A stretch of DNA of 32,000 bases. It comes from Candidatus Helarchaeota archaeon (GTDB lineage: Archaea; Asgardarchaeota; Lokiarchaeia; Helarchaeales; RDOG01). The notes under the pieces are model-generated. The model searched no databases. It was not told the DNA's origin and was given only the letters and a program-made list of their open reading frames with translations. Below, one piece after another: positions 29,540 to 32,000 of this stretch. Every line of letters begins with the position of its first letter. Positions within the stretch are counted from its first letter, which is position 1. The stretch lies in assembly GCA_029838215.1 (NCBI GenBank), contig JALGVI010000003.1, forward strand, positions 53,350 through 85,349, written 5' to 3'. The translations under genes and the position numbers were made by a program.

Positions 29540-31924
29540 CTAGAGTTGGTGTTCTAGCCGTTTTATGATATCACGTTGAATGGAAGACCCGAGATCAACG
29601 AAAAGAGCATTATATCCTCCCACTTTCACGATGAGATCTGGATAGTTCTCAGGGTGTTTTTGTGCATCTTTCAGCGTGTCGGTTGAAACAACATTGGGTT
29701 GAACTTGCATTCCTCCCAATTCGAAATAAGTCTTTAATAGGGCATGGAATTTCTCGACTTTTTCATTAGATTGAACGGATAACGGATGAAAACGAACGTT
29801 TAATGCGATTCCATTTATTGCGAGATCGTAGTCGAGTTTTGCTACGGACTTCAGGATGGCGGTAACGCCTTTTTTGCCGACTCTGTTTACTGGCGACAAG
29901 CTATTTGAAATTGGTTCTGCTCTTTTTCTTCCATCAGGTGTTGCATTCAAGAGAAGTCCCATTAACACGTGAATCCCCATTGAATATGCCCCTGGATTAA
30001 ATCGCCCGCCTCGGAAAGTCTCATGCTTTACAACTTCCGTGCAGAATAACCCCCAAATCTGTCTTGCAAATTCATCTATCTCTTCTTGGTCGTTTCCCCA
30101 CTTTTCATACTTGTTAATCAATTGTTGTCGCAGCTCTCGACGTCCTTTAAAATTGGAATTCAAGACCTCAACGAGCTCCGAAATCGTGATTAATTGATCG
30201 TCATAAACGAATTTCTTGATGTTATAAAGGGAATCCACCAACGTGGCGAAACCATATGCAGTAATTGAAGAAAAGTTGTATTTTGCTCCACCTCGCGTGA
30301 TATCTTTTCCTTGTTCCATGCAATTATCTATTGTCGCCGAGATAAAAGGTTGTTCGTAATGTATACTTGCTTCCTCGTCCCAAATGTTTGCTATCTTCAC
30401 TGATTGCTCGATATTGAATCTCAATTGTTGTTTAAATGCATCGAGGAAATCATCAAATGTCCGAAATGTAGCAGGATCTCCCGTTTGGAGTCCGTTGAGC
30501 CTATTCGAGAATTGACTATATCCATTATTCAGCACTAATTCCAGAACACCCGGTAGGTTGATAAACATGGCTCCCGTACAGGCAATTGTATTTGCTTGAG
30601 ATGTGGGTTCAACACAGCCAATAATCACGTAATTGCGAGCATCTTCGAGTGAGTACCCGCTTTTCTGCAATGCTCGGATGATAACGTCGTCATTATAAAA
30701 TGCGATTCCTGAGGTTTCTTGAAAAACCCTTATTGCTTCAAAGAAAAATTCTCTGGGAGTATTTGGATGAATCCGCACCGATAAATCGCTGGTGGCAACT
30801 CTTAGTTTTCTTTGTGCTTCCAAGAAAAGATATGATAATTCATTTGTACCATCCGTCCCATCTTTTTTTAGTCCCCCAATTGTAATGGTCTGCGTGTTTA
30901 ATCCCAAGGCATTAGAAGCCATTGAATACTCGTCTTGTAGCATCGTAGAATTCCAAGTTAATTTAAGATTTAATTCTTCAATGAGTTCCAGCGCAAATTC
31001 CTGCGTGAGCTTATTTTCCTGCCTGTCTTTTTCGTAATAGTGCCATAGGATTTGATCCAAACGCCCTAATGCCAAGACGCTGCGGTAACAAATGATGTTT
31101 ACTATGTTCTGCGTGAACCATATTGATTGAATTGCTTCATGAAAAGTGCCTGCAGGATTTTCAGGAACACGATTCAGGGTTTCCGCAATTAATTTTAATC
31201 GATTTTTCTCAGCTGGATCGGCAGCATTTGTAGCCAATTCATCAGCAAGTTGGGCATGGCGCCTTGCAAATCGGATTCCTGCCTCGTAATATATCTTCAC
31301 GGCTTCATAAAAATTGAATTTCTTTTCGAATTCAGGATCGTTTCGATCGAGTTTATCTTGACAGGTAGTCGCTTCCTGAATTATCCCCTTGTAACCTAAA
31401 TTCAAGACTTTTTCATATCCAAAGCAAATATGTCCTTCATTTGTGCCTGTCATGATGGCGACATTGGGCGTGTATGCTTCTCGCCGCGACGGGTTCTCGA
31501 TAAGGTTTTCACGTGCCATTCTTCCAAATATCCGCGTGTCATACAGCGATTTATCTCTCCAATAAGGAAGATATTGCTGTAATTCCTCAAATTCAGCCTG
31601 ATCAATTTGAAACGGCTGGACTTTTCTCGAACGAATATGGTCGACGTGTTTCTGTTTTGTGAAATCTCGAAATGAATAAAGGTCTAGAGCAATTTTTTCA
31701 CCTAAATTCTTACTCGTTTCCGCTCCGACCAGTATTTCATCATCTCTTATAAAAATCGTTTGTTTTTCAAGAGTATTTTGGAGTGCTCTGGCCCTCTTGA
31801 TGATGATTGGTTCTTGCTCATGCTGTTTGTATGCTTCTGTATAGAACTTAGCCCGCTCGATGCAGACTTCATAAGGACTCGTCAGAAGCTGTTCTTTAAG
31901 TCTTGCAATTCTCGGTTCAAGCAT
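29540..31924 (-). CDS. Glycyl radical enzyme of the PFL2 / glycerol-dehydratase-like family
   Basis: The C-terminal glycyl-radical motif is VKVGGYNALFVDL (radical Gly codon at ~29615-29617). The thiyl-Cys loop is IIGCVEPTSQ. The N-terminal ERAKFYTEAYK...IIIKRARAL...IRDDEILVG is typical of PFL2 enzymes. The start is ATG 31924 (MLEPRIARLK); the ORF-track alternative is TTG 31963. Confidence 0.9.
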   Translation of the reverse strand: MLEPRIARLKEQLLTSPYEVCIERAKFYTEAYKQHEQEPIIIKRARALQNTLEKQTIFIRDDEILVGAETSKNLGEKIALDLYSFRDFTKQKHVDHIRSRKVQPFQIDQAEFEELQQYLPYWRDKSLYDTRIFGRMARENLIENPSRREAYTPNVAIMTGTNEGHICFGYEKVLNLGYKGIIQEATTCQDKLDRNDPEFEKKFNFYEAVKIYYEAGIRFARRHAQLADELATNAADPAEKNRLKLIAETLNRVPENPAGTFHEAIQSIWFTQNIVNIICYRSVLALGRLDQILWHYYEKDRQENKLTQEFALELIEELNLKLTWNSTMLQDEYSMASNALGLNTQTITIGGLKKDGTDGTNELSYLFLEAQRKLRVATSDLSVRIHPNTPREFFFEAIRVFQETSGIAFYNDDVIIRALQKSGYSLEDARNYVIIGCVEPTSQANTIACTGAMFINLPGVLELVLNNGYSQFSNRLNGLQTGDPATFRTFDDFLDAFKQQLRFNIEQSVKIANIWDEEASIHYEQPFISATIDNCMEQGKDITRGGAKYNFSSITAYGFATLVDSLYNIKKFVYDDQLITISELVEVLNSNFKGRRELRQQLINKYEKWGNDQEEIDEFARQIWGLFCTEVVKHETFRGGRFNPGAYSMGIHVLMGLLLNATPDGRKRAEPISNSLSPVNRVGKKGVTAILKSVAKLDYDLAINGIALNVRFHPLSVQSNEKVEKFHALLKTYFELGGMQVQPNVVSTDTLKDAQKHPENYPDLIVKVGGYNALFVDLGSSIQRDIIKRLEHQL

Positions 31925-32000
31925 AATTTCAGTCCAACCTATAAATGAAATGATACGTGACAAATGATTCTTTATCGTGCAAAAAGTTTTCAGATGAATT

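Overview
Dense archaeal chromosomal window, AT-rich by eye (GC not computed), with about 30 protein-coding genes. I found no rRNA, tRNA, CRISPR array, transposase or integrase. The backbone is a rearranged piece of the archaeal RNA-polymerase/ribosomal-protein superoperon on the minus strand: rpoA1 (A'), rpoA2 (A''), rpl30e and nusA. rps12 lies 3.5 kb away behind three opposite-strand metabolic genes, and neither rpoB nor rps7 is adjacent. Directly upstream of rpoA1 is a tight five-gene minus-strand cluster: nicotinate phosphoribosyltransferase, archaeosine tRNA-guanine transglycosylase, an Sm-fold protein with an LSm12/AD-like C-terminal domain, a small Rpb8/Rpo8-like protein, and a thermosome subunit. 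Other content: a 5'-truncated nucleotide-sugar dehydrogenase; a UPF0175/PIN-like toxin-antitoxin pair; an HDAC-family deacylase convergent with a moaC-moaB-ATP-grasp operon; a 597-aa Rpn11/CSN5-like JAMM (MPN+) metalloprotease with a ~400-aa helical C-terminal extension; a 2H phosphoesterase; an N-domain plus single-AAA ATPase; a translationally coupled P-loop kinase and NPP-type phosphodiesterase pair; an HdrD/GlcF-like Fe-S protein; a small beta-CASP-like MBL hydrolase; a PfkB kinase; DUF2284; a membrane protein; a DUF362, Cys-rich and HEAT-like fusion; Tpt1/KptA; and a PFL2-type glycyl radical enzyme with no activase in the window. The most interesting leads are the eukaryote-like components: the Rpn11-like JAMM fusion, the LSm12-like protein and Rpb8-like subunit co-operonic with a chaperonin, and a Lys-rich tail on RpoA''. 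These suggest an Asgard/TACK-type archaeon, which is inference only. All assignments rest on reading motifs in the supplied translations; no database search was run.
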